Source: Bacteroidia bacterium
Lineage (GTDB): Bacteria; Bacteroidota; Bacteroidia; AKYH767-A; OLB10
Assembly: GCA_038320345.1 (NCBI GenBank)
Contig: JBBQED010000015.1
Coordinates: 6,447 to 70,446, forward strand
DNA: 64,000 nt
Direction of reading: 5' to 3'
The notes below the pieces were generated by a model that saw only the letters and a list, made by a program, of their open reading frames with translations, did no database searches and was not told the origin of the DNA. Each line of letters starts with the position of its first letter. The stretch's first letter is position 1. The position numbers and the translations under genes are program-made. Below, piece after piece: positions 18,013 through 29,896 of this stretch.

Positions 18013-20313
18013 TTAAAACGTCAGATTTGCTCCTAAAGAGGGTAGTGCTGGTAACTGATCAACACGTTTATAGCGTACTCTGTCAAAATAGAAGATGTTG
18101 GATCGATTGTAAACATTGATCACGCTTGCGGTCACTTCCAAATTGGAATTCTTACCAATGGCAAAGGTTTTCTTCAAACTTAAATCCATCCGATGGTAAT
18201 CTGGTAGTTGTCCTTTGTTTAAATCTCCGTAGATAATACCCAGATTTCCATTGTCAGTGTTGATATTGGTGTATAATCCATTTTGGAAATTCAAATATTC
18301 ATAATATCCTGCTGTTTTAGTAAATGGAAATCCTGAACCATAATTCCATCTTACATTAAATTCCCAATTCAATTTTTTACCGAAGGTATAAGAACCTACT
18401 AAGTTCATATTATTTCTTCGATCGAAATGTGGATGATAAGTCCTGATTTCATCCTGACGCGTAACATATCCATGAGAATATACAGCCCAGAGATAAAGGC
18501 GTTTATATTCATATTTCAAAACGAAATCTACACCATAGGATTTGCCTCTCTCAACAATAAAATCTTTGACTAAATAATCTGGTTGATTGGAGTAGGTTCC
18601 ATTGTCAGGATAAACTTTGTCTCTGTTTGTATTGGTTACTTGTGGGAAATACTTGTAATATCCTTCCACATTTAAACTCAAATGAGTATGTAGGTCTGCT
18701 TCAAATCCAAGGATGAGGTCTCTGGCTTTCTGTAACCTGCTTTTTACTTCTTTCCCTCTGAATTCTTCTGGTAAACTTTCAGGACCGGACAGAAAACCAT
18801 AAAATAAATTCACAACATCACGATCGGAACTAGTACTCATCAAATTCTGTGAATACATTCCTGCTGCTGCTTTCATTCTGAATTTATTACTTACATTCCA
18901 TTTCACTCCTATGCGGGGTTCTGGTGAAAATTCAGAAAGTGAAGCGTAATAATGTAAACGTATGCTCGGCTCAATTACGATTTTATCTCTTGTGATACGG
19001 TAGCGTAAAAATGTTCCAAACTCTGTAGTGTTTTCTATTTGTTCTGATTTAACATTCGTTATCGAATACGCTTTGTACTCAGTTTTAAATCCTAAAACCT
19101 CAAATCCAAATTTCATCTCATCACGGTTGTAAAAACTGGTGAGGTTTAATCCCAGATTAAATCCATTGATAGCACTATTCCGTGGTTTTTCGTCGGCTTC
19201 TTGCTGATTGATCTTGTATCCTGAGTAAGCAAAAACACCATCAATTAAAGTATTGGAACCCTGAGGAACTAATACGAAGTTGCTTCCGAAACCATTCGAC
19301 TTCCAATCAATATTTGCAATGTTCTGAAACTTGGCATCATCTTGAAAATTAAAACCAAAGAAACTTACTTTACTTCCGTTCTCTCCGTTGATTGAAATTT
19401 TAGAATACAGATCTGAAAAGCTATATGGAAGCCCGTCTTTGTTGGCGTATTCATAAAAAGTTTTAGAAGATTTATCTAAATAAGAATTTTTATAAGAAAA
19501 AACAAAGGAGGTAGAACCACTACCGCTTTCATCCTGTTTTTTAAGAGGTCCTTCTACCAATACTTTTGATCCGAAAGTGCTTGCTGAAATTTTTCCTCCA
19601 ATGCGTTTTTTATTTCCATCACGCGTAGTAATATCCATCACCGATGAAATTCTTCCTCCATATTCTGCATTAAAACCTCCAGTATATACATCTGCATTTT
19701 TCAGGATGTCGGTATCGAAAACGGAAAACAATCCGATAGAGTGGAAGGGGTTGTAAATAATCATTCCATCTAGTAAAACTTTATTCATAACGGGCGTTCC
19801 ACCGCGGATATAAAGCTGTCCTCCTTGGTCTCCACTAAATACTACTCCTGGTAATACTTGTAGGTATTGTGCTAAATCAGGATCACCACCAATAGAGGGT
19901 ACAAGTTTAATTTCCTTAGGTGTAATTTTATTCACGGAAGTCTGAACTTCGGTACGTTGTGCAATTTTTTCTGCCGACACATCAATTTCTTTCAAATTGA
20001 TAGTTCCTTTTTTAAGAAAGAGTTGTTTCGATAGGATATCATTTTCTTTGACCGTCATGCTGGCAAAAGCGCTGTCAAATCCTATTGCAGTTGCAGTTAA
20101 TGTGTAAACACCTGCTGGAATTCTAGTGAGGTTGTAATAACCATTTACATCGGTACTGGTTCCGTAGTTTGTTCCTTTCAGAAATACAGGCGTAAATAAA
20201 ATAGGTTCACCACTTTCTTTGTCATATACAAATCCTTTAATACTTCCCGTTTGTGCAGAAATTTGTGTGATGCTGAAAAATGAAAAAATAAGGAGTACTA
20301 TAATTCTACGCAT
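18013..20313 (-). CDS. TonB-dependent outer membrane receptor with an N-terminal carboxypeptidase-regulatory-like domain
   Basis: Signal peptide, a CarbopepD_reg segment (IKGFVYDKESGEPILFTPVFLKGTNYGTSTDVNGYYNL), a plug domain and a C-terminal barrel ending ...GANLTF. Confidence 0.85.
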   Translation of the reverse strand: MRRIIVLLIFSFFSITQISAQTGSIKGFVYDKESGEPILFTPVFLKGTNYGTSTDVNGYYNLTRIPAGVYTLTATAIGFDSAFASMTVKENDILSKQLFLKKGTINLKEIDVSAEKIAQRTEVQTSVNKITPKEIKLVPSIGGDPDLAQYLQVLPGVVFSGDQGGQLYIRGGTPVMNKVLLDGMIIYNPFHSIGLFSVFDTDILKNADVYTGGFNAEYGGRISSVMDITTRDGNKKRIGGKISASTFGSKVLVEGPLKKQDESGSGSTSFVFSYKNSYLDKSSKTFYEYANKDGLPYSFSDLYSKISINGENGSKVSFFGFNFQDDAKFQNIANIDWKSNGFGSNFVLVPQGSNTLIDGVFAYSGYKINQQEADEKPRNSAINGFNLGLNLTSFYNRDEMKFGFEVLGFKTEYKAYSITNVKSEQIENTTEFGTFLRYRITRDKIVIEPSIRLHYYASLSEFSPEPRIGVKWNVSNKFRMKAAAGMYSQNLMSTSSDRDVVNLFYGFLSGPESLPEEFRGKEVKSRLQKARDLILGFEADLHTHLSLNVEGYYKYFPQVTNTNRDKVYPDNGTYSNQPDYLVKDFIVERGKSYGVDFVLKYEYKRLYLWAVYSHGYVTRQDEIRTYHPHFDRRNNMNLVGSYTFGKKLNWEFNVRWNYGSGFPFTKTAGYYEYLNFQNGLYTNINTDNGNLGIIYGDLNKGQLPDYHRMDLSLKKTFAIGKNSNLEVTASVINVYNRSNIFYFDRVRYKRVDQLPALPSLGANLTF

Positions 20314-20351
20314 ACGTTAAGTTCTTGTATTGGTTAAATAATACTATACCT

Positions 20352-20771
20352 CTATTTCTTTACTTTCAATGCTGATAGCTCAAGGATCACATCAAACTCT
20401 TCTGGTTTGATGGAGGCCACTGAAAGTCGGCTAAGGCGAACCAACTCCACATCTTTCAAACGAGGTTCAGCTTTTACGGTGATGAGCGTTACCGGATTCT
20501 TAAGTTTCTTAAAAGGCTTTAAATCCACAGCAAGCCAATTAGGATTATCGGTAGTTGGGTCTTGATAGTGCTCCTTACTGACTTTAGCAATCCCAACAAT
20601 TTCTAATCCTTCGTTACTATGATACCAAAGCACGAGATCGCCTTTTTTCATGCTTCTCAGGTTGTTTCGAGCACCATAATTACGGACTCCATCCCAGCTG
20701 GCAAGGCCATCTTTTTCAAATTGAGTCCAGGAATATTTAAACGGTTCTGACTTAACGAGCCAGTAATTCAT
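20352..20771 (-). CDS. EVE (PUA-like) domain protein
   Basis: MNYWLVKSEPFKYSWTQFEKDG... is the typical EVE N-terminus. The start was moved to the internal ATG at 20771. Confidence 0.8.
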   Translation of the reverse strand: MNYWLVKSEPFKYSWTQFEKDGLASWDGVRNYGARNNLRSMKKGDLVLWYHSNEGLEIVGIAKVSKEHYQDPTTDNPNWLAVDLKPFKKLKNPVTLITVKAEPRLKDVELVRLSRLSVASIKPEEFDVILELSALKVKK

Positions 20772-20981
20772 GTTGTAGAGCGATAAAGGGTAGCCGAAAA
20801 TAGGAAATTTCACTATGCTAAACCCAATACAAACCGGGATTTTTAGGCTTTTAGCCCTTTAAACAAATTCCGGTTCTTAGATGAGTGGTTTTCAAGCCTT
20901 CATGGATAGTGTTATACTCGTAAAACTTATATTCGAAATGTTTGTTTACTTGATTATCTAACTAAATTTGAAACAAAAATA

Positions 20982-21866
20982 TTGATTATGAAAAAGTACA
21001 GTAGCATTCTCCTCTTACTACTTCTTACCACTGGCTTTAGCCATGCGCAGAAATCCTGTTGTTCAATGTCATCGTCAACTACCATGGCATTTGCTGATCT
21101 AGGAAATGAAAAAGCTTTTGTTGCAAGTCATTTGGCTCCATTACCTCTCGACTTTCAAGCTGAAATCGGAAAAATGTTAAGTCTGAAAACAACAGATGGA
21201 AAAGAAACGAAAATTTTTGAAGTAAAATCTGGTCCTAGTCAAGGTAAAGTTATTCTTATGTTTCATGAGTGGTGGGGATTAAACGATTACATCAAAAGAG
21301 AAGCAGAACGTCTACATAAAGAGACAGGCTTCACAGTGATCGCAATGGATCTTTATGATGGACAAGTTGCTACTAATCCAGATGATGCAGGAAAAATGAT
21401 GCAGAGTATGAAAGATGATAGAGCTAGAGCCATTATCACAGCCGCTTTGGATTATGTTGGAAAGTTCGGTAAGGTGCAAACTATTGGATGGTGCATGGGA
21501 GGCGGATGGAGTTTACAAGCGGCTATTATGGCGGGTCAACAAGGTTATGGTGCAGTGATGTATTATGGGATGCCAGAAAAAGATCAAGCGAAATTGGCTC
21601 AAATCCAAGGTCCTGTTTTAGGAATATTTGCTAAGAAAGATCAGTGGATTACTCCTGAAGTAGTAACACAATTTGAAGCGGATATGAAAACAGCAGGTAA
21701 AACATTAACGGTCGTAAATTACGATGCTGATCATGCTTTTGCCAACCCAAGTAATCCGAAGTACATGAAAGCATTTTCTGAAGAAGCGCATGCCAAAGTG
21801 TTAGCATTTGTTAAGAAAAATTTCGAAGGTCCATTGCGACCGGCTGTAGTTCCTGCTGAAAAATAG
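20982..21866 (+). CDS. Dienelactone hydrolase family protein, secreted
   Basis: Signal peptide, a nucleophile-elbow-like GWCMGG motif and the HEWWGLNDY / DADHAFANP motifs. Confidence 0.85.
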   Translation: MIMKKYSSILLLLLLTTGFSHAQKSCCSMSSSTTMAFADLGNEKAFVASHLAPLPLDFQAEIGKMLSLKTTDGKETKIFEVKSGPSQGKVILMFHEWWGLNDYIKREAERLHKETGFTVIAMDLYDGQVATNPDDAGKMMQSMKDDRARAIITAALDYVGKFGKVQTIGWCMGGGWSLQAAIMAGQQGYGAVMYYGMPEKDQAKLAQIQGPVLGIFAKKDQWITPEVVTQFEADMKTAGKTLTVVNYDADHAFANPSNPKYMKAFSEEAHAKVLAFVKKNFEGPLRPAVVPAEK

Positions 21867-21899
21867 TCTAGAAGATTTAAAATTGTAAATCCTTAAAAT

Positions 21900-21928
21900 A
21901 CCCTGATTCTCTCAGGGTATTTTTTATT
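21900..21928 (+). terminator. Rho-independent terminator after the dienelactone hydrolase gene
   Basis: ACCCTGA-TTCTC-TCAGGGT forms a stem, followed by ATTTTTTATT. Confidence 0.7.
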
Positions 21929-22146
21929 AAAGAGATTTATTGTAAACTATTTTTTGCCATTGTTTAGCTTACATTATTTTTTATGGAGATAATTTTGAAA
22001 CAGAAAGCAAATTCGAATTCTTACTCTCAAATTAATTGGTAAAAAAATAGGTTAATGAAAACTATAAGAGGTAAACTTCGTTAATTGTTTTCTGTTTTTT
22101 TTCATTTTTTCACCTTCGTGTTCAATTTATTAAAATAACCGGAGCC

Positions 22147-22332
22147 AAAATCACAAATCAGTATTCGAGTTACAATAATTCATTACCAAATCCGCGATAG
22201 CTACTGCGGACCAAATTGATTCATTTCAATTTATTTTAAAACCATCAAGCATTTCATTTGTGTTGCACCCAAATCACTCGTAACTTTTACAAAATAGCAA
22301 CCGGAATTTAATTCAGTTGTGTAAAGCAACAA
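22147..22332. repeat. 3' module, copy A, of a repeated gene-end module: the last ~33 codons of a T9SS-CTD ORF plus ~85 bp of 3' UTR
   Basis: About 85% identical to 25681..25872 by eye alignment. Confidence 0.7.
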
Positions 22333-22734
22333 TGATTTATTGCTCCAGTACAAACGCCGATGAATTATCACCCTACCACCGGCATCGGTAATATCTAACC
22401 AACCATCTTTATTGCCCGGCAAACTATAGCCCAAGTAAAATTGATCCTTTGCGGGGTTGGGGTGTATACTAACTGATAAATCTATTGTACCGCTGGGCTC
22501 ATTTAACCCCACACTCAAACTATCGCATACACTACCAACTACAGGGCCTAAATAATAATTGATATAGGTAGGGCAGGTACTATTGTTATATGTTGGTAAG
22601 GTTACAGAATGTTGATTTACTTGACATGCCATTCCAGAACTATCCGGATATTCAATAGTATGCAATGTTAATGTTGAGTTGCCTGTTGTAATATATATTA
22701 AACGAATATAAACATTTAACAACCGACTATCCAT
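22231..22734 (-). CDS. Small ORF with a T9SS C-terminal sorting domain. It is a mosaic fragment with no convincing signal peptide and may be a gene remnant.
   Basis: C-terminus reads ...IHPNPAKDQFYL...GCYFVKVTSDLGATQMKCLMVLK, which is a type-A T9SS CTD. Its 5' and 3' ends lie within the repeated modules. Confidence 0.45.
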   Translation of the reverse strand: MDSRLLNVYIRLIYITTGNSTLTLHTIEYPDSSGMACQVNQHSVTLPTYNNSTCPTYINYYLGPVVGSVCDSLSVGLNEPSGTIDLSVSIHPNPAKDQFYLGYSLPGNKDGWLDITDAGGRVIIHRRLYWSNKSLLLYTTELNSGCYFVKVTSDLGATQMKCLMVLK

Positions 22735-22802
22735 TTTTAGTTCTCGAAATTTACTCCGGGGCGGGAATCATAGATTCCCCTTGAAGCCAATAGCATGAAA
22801 AA
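22700..22802. repeat. 5' module, copy A: leader plus the first 13 codons (MDSRLLNVYIRLI)
   Basis: About 88% identical to 26394..26485. It contains a GGGAATC-tat-GATTCCC hairpin. Confidence 0.7.
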
Positions 22803-22824
22803 TTCATTTTTTCAATCGACAAAC

Positions 22825-22940
22825 AGGAACTTTAAACAGTAAACTTTGAAATTTAAACAGGGAACAGTGTATTTTTAACTTTAATCAGTGAACAGTGAAC
22901 TTTGAACAATTAATTGTGAACTTCAAACTCTTTTTTGAGC
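22825..22940. promoter_or_regulatory. Degenerate tandem motif tract upstream of acnA. It contains AAACAG three times, GAACAGTG twice and (T)GAACTTT at least four times.
   Basis: Direct reading of the sequence: aaacaggaactttaaacagtaaactttgaaatttaaacagggaacagtg...cagtgaacagtgaactttgaacaattaattgtgaacttc. Confidence 0.4.
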
Positions 22941-23122
22941 TTGAGATTGGAGTCGATTCAATTCTTAATTTGATTCTATTATGGGTTAGATGAACATTGC
23001 TTTTTCTTTCATAATTTTCCTGGCAATTCTCTTCAATTTCCTCCCTAATTTCTTATCTTCGCACTACTAAATTATGGTGACCTAATAGTCAGGGTATTAC
23101 CTCTAAATTCCTCATTTACAAT

Positions 23123-25390
<2,268 letters not shown>

Positions 25391-25473
25391 TCAGCACTAA
25401 ATAGACTCTCCAAATTACTGCCTACGAAAATTAGTTTTTCTTTCATTCCTAAATTCAAGTTCTCAAATTATTT

Positions 25474-25563
25474 GGGCGCCTGCCTGCGGCACTGGGCTAT
25501 CCATTCCAATCTTTCCCGATGAAAAATCGGGAAAGGATTTCCATTCCTATCCCTGGCGCAAAA
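25474..25563 (+). repeat. Structured ~90-nt element, copy 1. It has conserved ends GGGCGCCTGCCTGCGGCACTGGGCTATCC ... CCTATCCCTGGCGCAAA and an internal perfect hairpin TTTCCCGAT-GAAAA-ATCGGGAAA.
   Basis: The ends match the inverted copy at 26604..26697. Confidence 0.6.
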
Positions 25564-25680
25564 CAATGTTCAATGTTTTCTGTTTATGTTCGATCTGCGA
25601 TAGTCCCTATAGCGATCGCATTCGGAACGACATACGATATACGATGAAGGAATTGCGAATTCTTAAACAATTAAAGAAGC

Positions 25681-25872
25681 AAAAATTACAGATCAGTATT
25701 TGAGTTACAATTATTCATTACCAAATCCCTAAATCCCGATAACTATCGCGGACCAAATTGATTCATTTCAATTTATTTTAAAATCATCAATCTTTTAGTT
25801 TGTGTTGCGCCAAAATCACTCGTGACTTTTACAAAGTAGCAACCAGAATTTAATTTAGTTGTATAAAGCAGC
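25681..25872. repeat. 3' module, copy B, of the repeated gene-end module
   Basis: Aligns to 22147..22332. Confidence 0.7.
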
Positions 25873-26315
25873 ATAACCCACCAATCTCTTCCGTTGGCAT
25901 GTCGACAAACATTTTTCTGACCAAGTAAAAGCGTATCTGCAACTAGTATTTGATTTTTTACTGTAACAACGCCTAAGCCATTATTCAATGTTTTATTAAT
26001 TAGCGAATAATATATATAATCCGGAAAGGGGGTATCAATGTCCCCTGGTGTTTCATGAATCAAATAATATTGATTGATATTACCAGGGTCGGGTAGCACT
26101 ACATCAGCACCAGTAACTCTAATGCTTGTATTGTACACCGATGTAGTATACGAACTTCGATTTAATCCATTTCCGTTTTGCATAGTATCATTGCTTGCAT
26201 CGGCAATCCAGACTCCATTCGTATAGAACAATAAATTACCACTGGAATCAGAAATAGGCGCACCAGTAAATTCCAACGCCATAATTCTTAAAGAGTCATA
26301 ACTAATGATAAACAA
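25773..26315 (-). pseudogene. Mosaic T9SS-CTD gene fragment. Only the last ~25 residues match the CTD of copy A, and the conserved module start codon is out of frame, giving a 27-codon ORF then a stop.
   Basis: C-terminus reads LLYTTKLNSGCYFVKVTSDFGATQTKRLMILK. The upstream module ATG at 26433 encodes MNSRLLNTYIRLV... and terminates after 27 codons. Confidence 0.45.
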
Positions 26316-26393
26316 AAGCCAAAAATTATTAAAAGCCTTTTCATTAATTCACGATAAGTTTTAAATGCCTAGACTTTACATTTGATTTTACTA

Positions 26394-26485
26394 AACGAAT
26401 ATAAGTATTTAATAACCGACTATTCATTTTTAGTTCTTGAAATTTACTGCGGGGCGGTAATCATAGATTCCCCTTGAAACTAATT
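26394..26485. repeat. 5' module, copy B
   Basis: Aligns to 22700..22802. Confidence 0.7.
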
Positions 26486-26603
26486 TCAGTAGAAAATTAT
26501 TCGTTTCGGCTCAATCTTAAAACGCTAAACACAAAACTTTTTTTGCGGTACTAACCATCTACGATGTGAATGCCACAGTTGCAGGTAAATTTTTTTGTCC
26601 GTA

Positions 26604-26697
26604 TTTGCGCCAGGGATAGGAGCGGTTACCCCGCAGCACGGCTTTAGCCGTGTGAGGAGTATGAGCGGATAGCCCAATGCCGAAGGCAGGCGCCCCA
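26604..26697 (-). repeat. Structured ~90-nt element, copy 2, inverted relative to copy 1. It has the same conserved ends but a different internal hairpin (CACGGC-TAAA-GCCGTG).
   Basis: The reverse complement reads GGGGCGCCTGCCTTCGGCATTGGGCTATCC...CCTATCCCTGGCGCAAA. Confidence 0.6.
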
Positions 26698-26758
26698 AAA
26701 ATGACTAACCATTATAGTGCTTTTTCGCTCGTACTTCATTCCTCCTTATATTTGTTCT

Positions 26759-27460
26759 ATGAAATATTGTTTCTTCTTATTTTGTCTGGTATTTGTTGCT
26801 GCCTGCAAAAAAGATAATTCATCGCCTGCAGATTTACCTTATATAGGATTTACTTTTACAGGTGGACTAGGTCCATCACCTCAACAAGTCACCTTTACTG
26901 CTACAGCTCCTGATGCGGATGAAGTAACTTGGGATTTTGGGGACTCTACCTATGCTACAGGTTTCACGGTTTCTCATACTTACTCGGCTTATAGCTGTTA
27001 TGAGGTAAAGGCAATAGCGCATAAAGGAAGTCAGCAGGGAGAGGTAACGCAACATGTGCCGGTAACCGTTTATAAGAAAGTTAATTTAACGAGCATTACT
27101 TTTACTCAAACTCCTCCCTTAGGCCCTAATGGTAATGATTGGGATCCTAATGATGCGCCAGATCTAAAAGTGATTATCAAAATTGGTACAGATTCAATTG
27201 TTGATGTACCTACGGTGCTCCCAAATAGTACTACCGGTACCATTTATTTGCCTATTCCTCAATTGATCAGAGATTTATCAGCTCCAATAACCATCGAAGT
27301 TTATGATAAAGATGCCGGATCTACTCCAGATTTATATAAAATGGGAATCGTTACCTTCGATTTTTGTCAGTTTATTCAAACTACCGTTCCGTATCCTAAT
27401 GATGGTCAAGTAAGTAACGGCTCACTGCGTATAACACTCGGCTTTAGTTGGGTTTTGTAG
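26759..27460 (+). CDS. PKD-domain lipoprotein
   Basis: Lipobox (MKYCFFLFCLVFVAACKKD) and a PKD-like segment (VTFTATAPDADEVTWDFGDSTYATGFTVSHTYS). The start was moved to ATG 26759. Confidence 0.6.
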   Translation: MKYCFFLFCLVFVAACKKDNSSPADLPYIGFTFTGGLGPSPQQVTFTATAPDADEVTWDFGDSTYATGFTVSHTYSAYSCYEVKAIAHKGSQQGEVTQHVPVTVYKKVNLTSITFTQTPPLGPNGNDWDPNDAPDLKVIIKIGTDSIVDVPTVLPNSTTGTIYLPIPQLIRDLSAPITIEVYDKDAGSTPDLYKMGIVTFDFCQFIQTTVPYPNDGQVSNGSLRITLGFSWVL

Positions 27461-27509
27461 GGATTTGGTCAGGAACCCGCCTTTTCTCTATTTTTAACCG
27501 CTGAGCGCT

Positions 27510-28835
27510 ATGGCAACAATCATTAAGGGAGATAAGAGAACTATTCGTGCTTGGGCATTATACGATTGTGCTAATTCTGCGTATTCTCTCGTAATTACGT
27601 CCGCACTCTTTCCCATTTATTTTAATGCAGTAACGACCACTGAAAAATCGAAGGACGTTGTTTTTTTAGGAAGAACATTTAACAGTGATTCGCTACAAAC
27701 CTATTCTATTTCTATTGCATTTCTCTTGATTGCGTTATTGTCACCGATGCTTTCATCGATGGCAGATTACAGCGGACATAAAAAGCGATTTATGTTTTTC
27801 TTCAGCACCTTGGGTGCATTATCTTGTGCATCACTCTTCTTCTTTACGGGGACCGAAAATTTATGGATCGGCGTTTTCGGATCTGTATTTGCTGCAGTGG
27901 GTTATGCAGGGAGTATAGTTTTTTATAACGCTTATCTTCCCGAAATTGCTGAACCGGAAGATCAAGATAAAGTAAGTGCTCGTGGTTATGCAATGGGTTA
28001 TATTGGAAGTTCTTTATTGTTAATTTTTTGTTTAACGATGATTTTATTTCCAACTTGGTATGGTAATATTGAGAGCGGATTTGCTACTCGCCTCGCATTT
28101 TTACTCGTAGGAATTTGGTGGCTAGGATTTGCTCAGATTACTTTTAGTGTACTTCCTAATAATGTGTTCAATAAAAAATCCCAAGGCAATATTTTCACGA
28201 AAGGTTATCAGGAACTGCGAAAAGTTTGGGGAGAATTAAAAGAAACTCCACGCCTGAAATCATTTCTTGGTTCGTTTTTCTTTTACAATATGGGTACTCA
28301 AACGGTAATGTATGTGGCTACACTTTTTGGTACTAGCGAATTGCATTTGAAGTCTGATATTCTGATTATGATCATTTTGATTATTCAGTTTGTAGCAATC
28401 GGTGGTGCTTACCTTTTTAGTTCACTTTCAAAAAGATTTGGAAATATTAAAGCATTAATGATTGCCATTTTCATTTGGATCTTGATTTGTTTTGGTGCTT
28501 ATTTATGTGATAAAAAATATGGTGTAGATGAGCAAACGATGTTCATTGGACTCGCTGCCGTTGTGGGACTTGTAATGGGTGGAATTCAATCTTTATCTCG
28601 TTCTACTTATTCCAAATTATTACCCGAAACAGAAGATCATGCTTCTTATTTTAGTTTTTATGATGTTTGTGATAAAATAGGAACTGTACTAGGAACATTT
28701 ATCTTCGGCTTTATCAATGAGATAAGTGGGAGTATGCGAAATTCTATCCTTGTTCTAACTGCCTTCTTCATAATTGGGATAATTTTGTTGCTGCGTGTTC
28801 AACGAAATACAATCATGGGAAAAGTACTTCGATAA
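27510..28835 (+). CDS. MFS transporter (UMF1/Atg22-like family)
   Basis: 12 TM helices with MFS-like topology. 441 aa. Confidence 0.8.
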   Translation: MATIIKGDKRTIRAWALYDCANSAYSLVITSALFPIYFNAVTTTEKSKDVVFLGRTFNSDSLQTYSISIAFLLIALLSPMLSSMADYSGHKKRFMFFFSTLGALSCASLFFFTGTENLWIGVFGSVFAAVGYAGSIVFYNAYLPEIAEPEDQDKVSARGYAMGYIGSSLLLIFCLTMILFPTWYGNIESGFATRLAFLLVGIWWLGFAQITFSVLPNNVFNKKSQGNIFTKGYQELRKVWGELKETPRLKSFLGSFFFYNMGTQTVMYVATLFGTSELHLKSDILIMIILIIQFVAIGGAYLFSSLSKRFGNIKALMIAIFIWILICFGAYLCDKKYGVDEQTMFIGLAAVVGLVMGGIQSLSRSTYSKLLPETEDHASYFSFYDVCDKIGTVLGTFIFGFINEISGSMRNSILVLTAFFIIGIILLLRVQRNTIMGKVLR

Positions 28836-28903
28836 AATTTCTAAACCTCTGCTGAACTACCTTAAATCATCTTCCGGCTTTCCGGATTATAAAATTTACA
28901 AAA

Positions 28904-29629
28904 TTGATCGTCGACATATTTATCCCTTGTTATATTGACCAGTTCTATCCGGGCACTGCACAAAGTATGGTGAAAGTCTTGGAGCGATTAAATTGTGGTG
29001 TAAACTATAATATCGAGCAAACCTGTTGCGGTCGTCCTGCTTTTGAAGATGGATATTGGGATCATTGCAAAGAAGTGGGAGAGAAGTTAATTCGTGAATT
29101 TCAGGAAGATCGTTATATCGTTTGTCCTGCTTCTACTTGCGTTGCTACCGTGAAAAATCAGTATGCTTCCATCTTTCATAATACTTCTCTGCATAATGAG
29201 TATAAAATGGTGCAGAAACATATGTATGAATTTTCTGATTTTCTCGTTAATGTGTTGAATGCCTCTGACCTAGGTGCGCGCTATCCCGGTAAAGCAGTGT
29301 TTCTCGATTCCTGCTCCGCTGTTCATGATCTTGGAATTAAAGAGGCTCCTCGCATGCTCCTGTCCAATGTGCGTGATCTAGAAATGTTAAACATGGGGAA
29401 TTCTAGCCTGCCATGCTGTGGACTCGGTGGTGGTTTAGATCGTAAAGATGAAAAATTGACCGTTCAAATGGCGGAAGAAGTGATTAAAGCTGCTACAAAT
29501 GAAGGTGCCAATATTATTATCTCAACGGATTATGATTGTTTGATGCACCTGAATGGTGTCATTCATAAAAACAACTACAATTTAAAAACCGCACATATTG
29601 CTGATGTGCTTGCTACTGGTTGGCAGTGA
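28904..29629 (+). CDS. Cysteine-rich CCG-domain (Fe-S) oxidoreductase subunit of the LutA/GlcF type
   Basis: Two CCG repeats (CYIDQF...CCGRPA and CPASTC...CCGLGGG). Confidence 0.8.
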   Translation: MIVDIFIPCYIDQFYPGTAQSMVKVLERLNCGVNYNIEQTCCGRPAFEDGYWDHCKEVGEKLIREFQEDRYIVCPASTCVATVKNQYASIFHNTSLHNEYKMVQKHMYEFSDFLVNVLNASDLGARYPGKAVFLDSCSAVHDLGIKEAPRMLLSNVRDLEMLNMGNSSLPCCGLGGGLDRKDEKLTVQMAEEVIKAATNEGANIIISTDYDCLMHLNGVIHKNNYNLKTAHIADVLATGWQ

Positions 29630-29896
29630 TTTTTTTCGCCCTGCGATTTTAAATTTGATTCAGTTTCAACCTGCTTAAATTCTTAAATACTGGATTTTAA
29701 AGGGTAGGTTTCAGATTTATTTTTGTAAGCCTTTCCATACTATTTTTTCCGATAGCGTTAAAATTTAAATTGGTTTTTTCACTGCTCCACAAATTTCAGC
29801 ACATGATCAAATAAAAACTGCTCCTAATAGGATTAGAAGCAGTTCTGGTATTGATTAGTAGTAAAAGTAATTCTTCAATTACTCGGTAGATTCCTA

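Noticed and set aside
28873-28886. A possible terminator hairpin TCCGG-CTTT-CCGGA after the MFS transporter gene
   Set aside because: The stem is only 5 bp and the downstream T-tract is weak and interrupted. The evidence is insufficient to call it.
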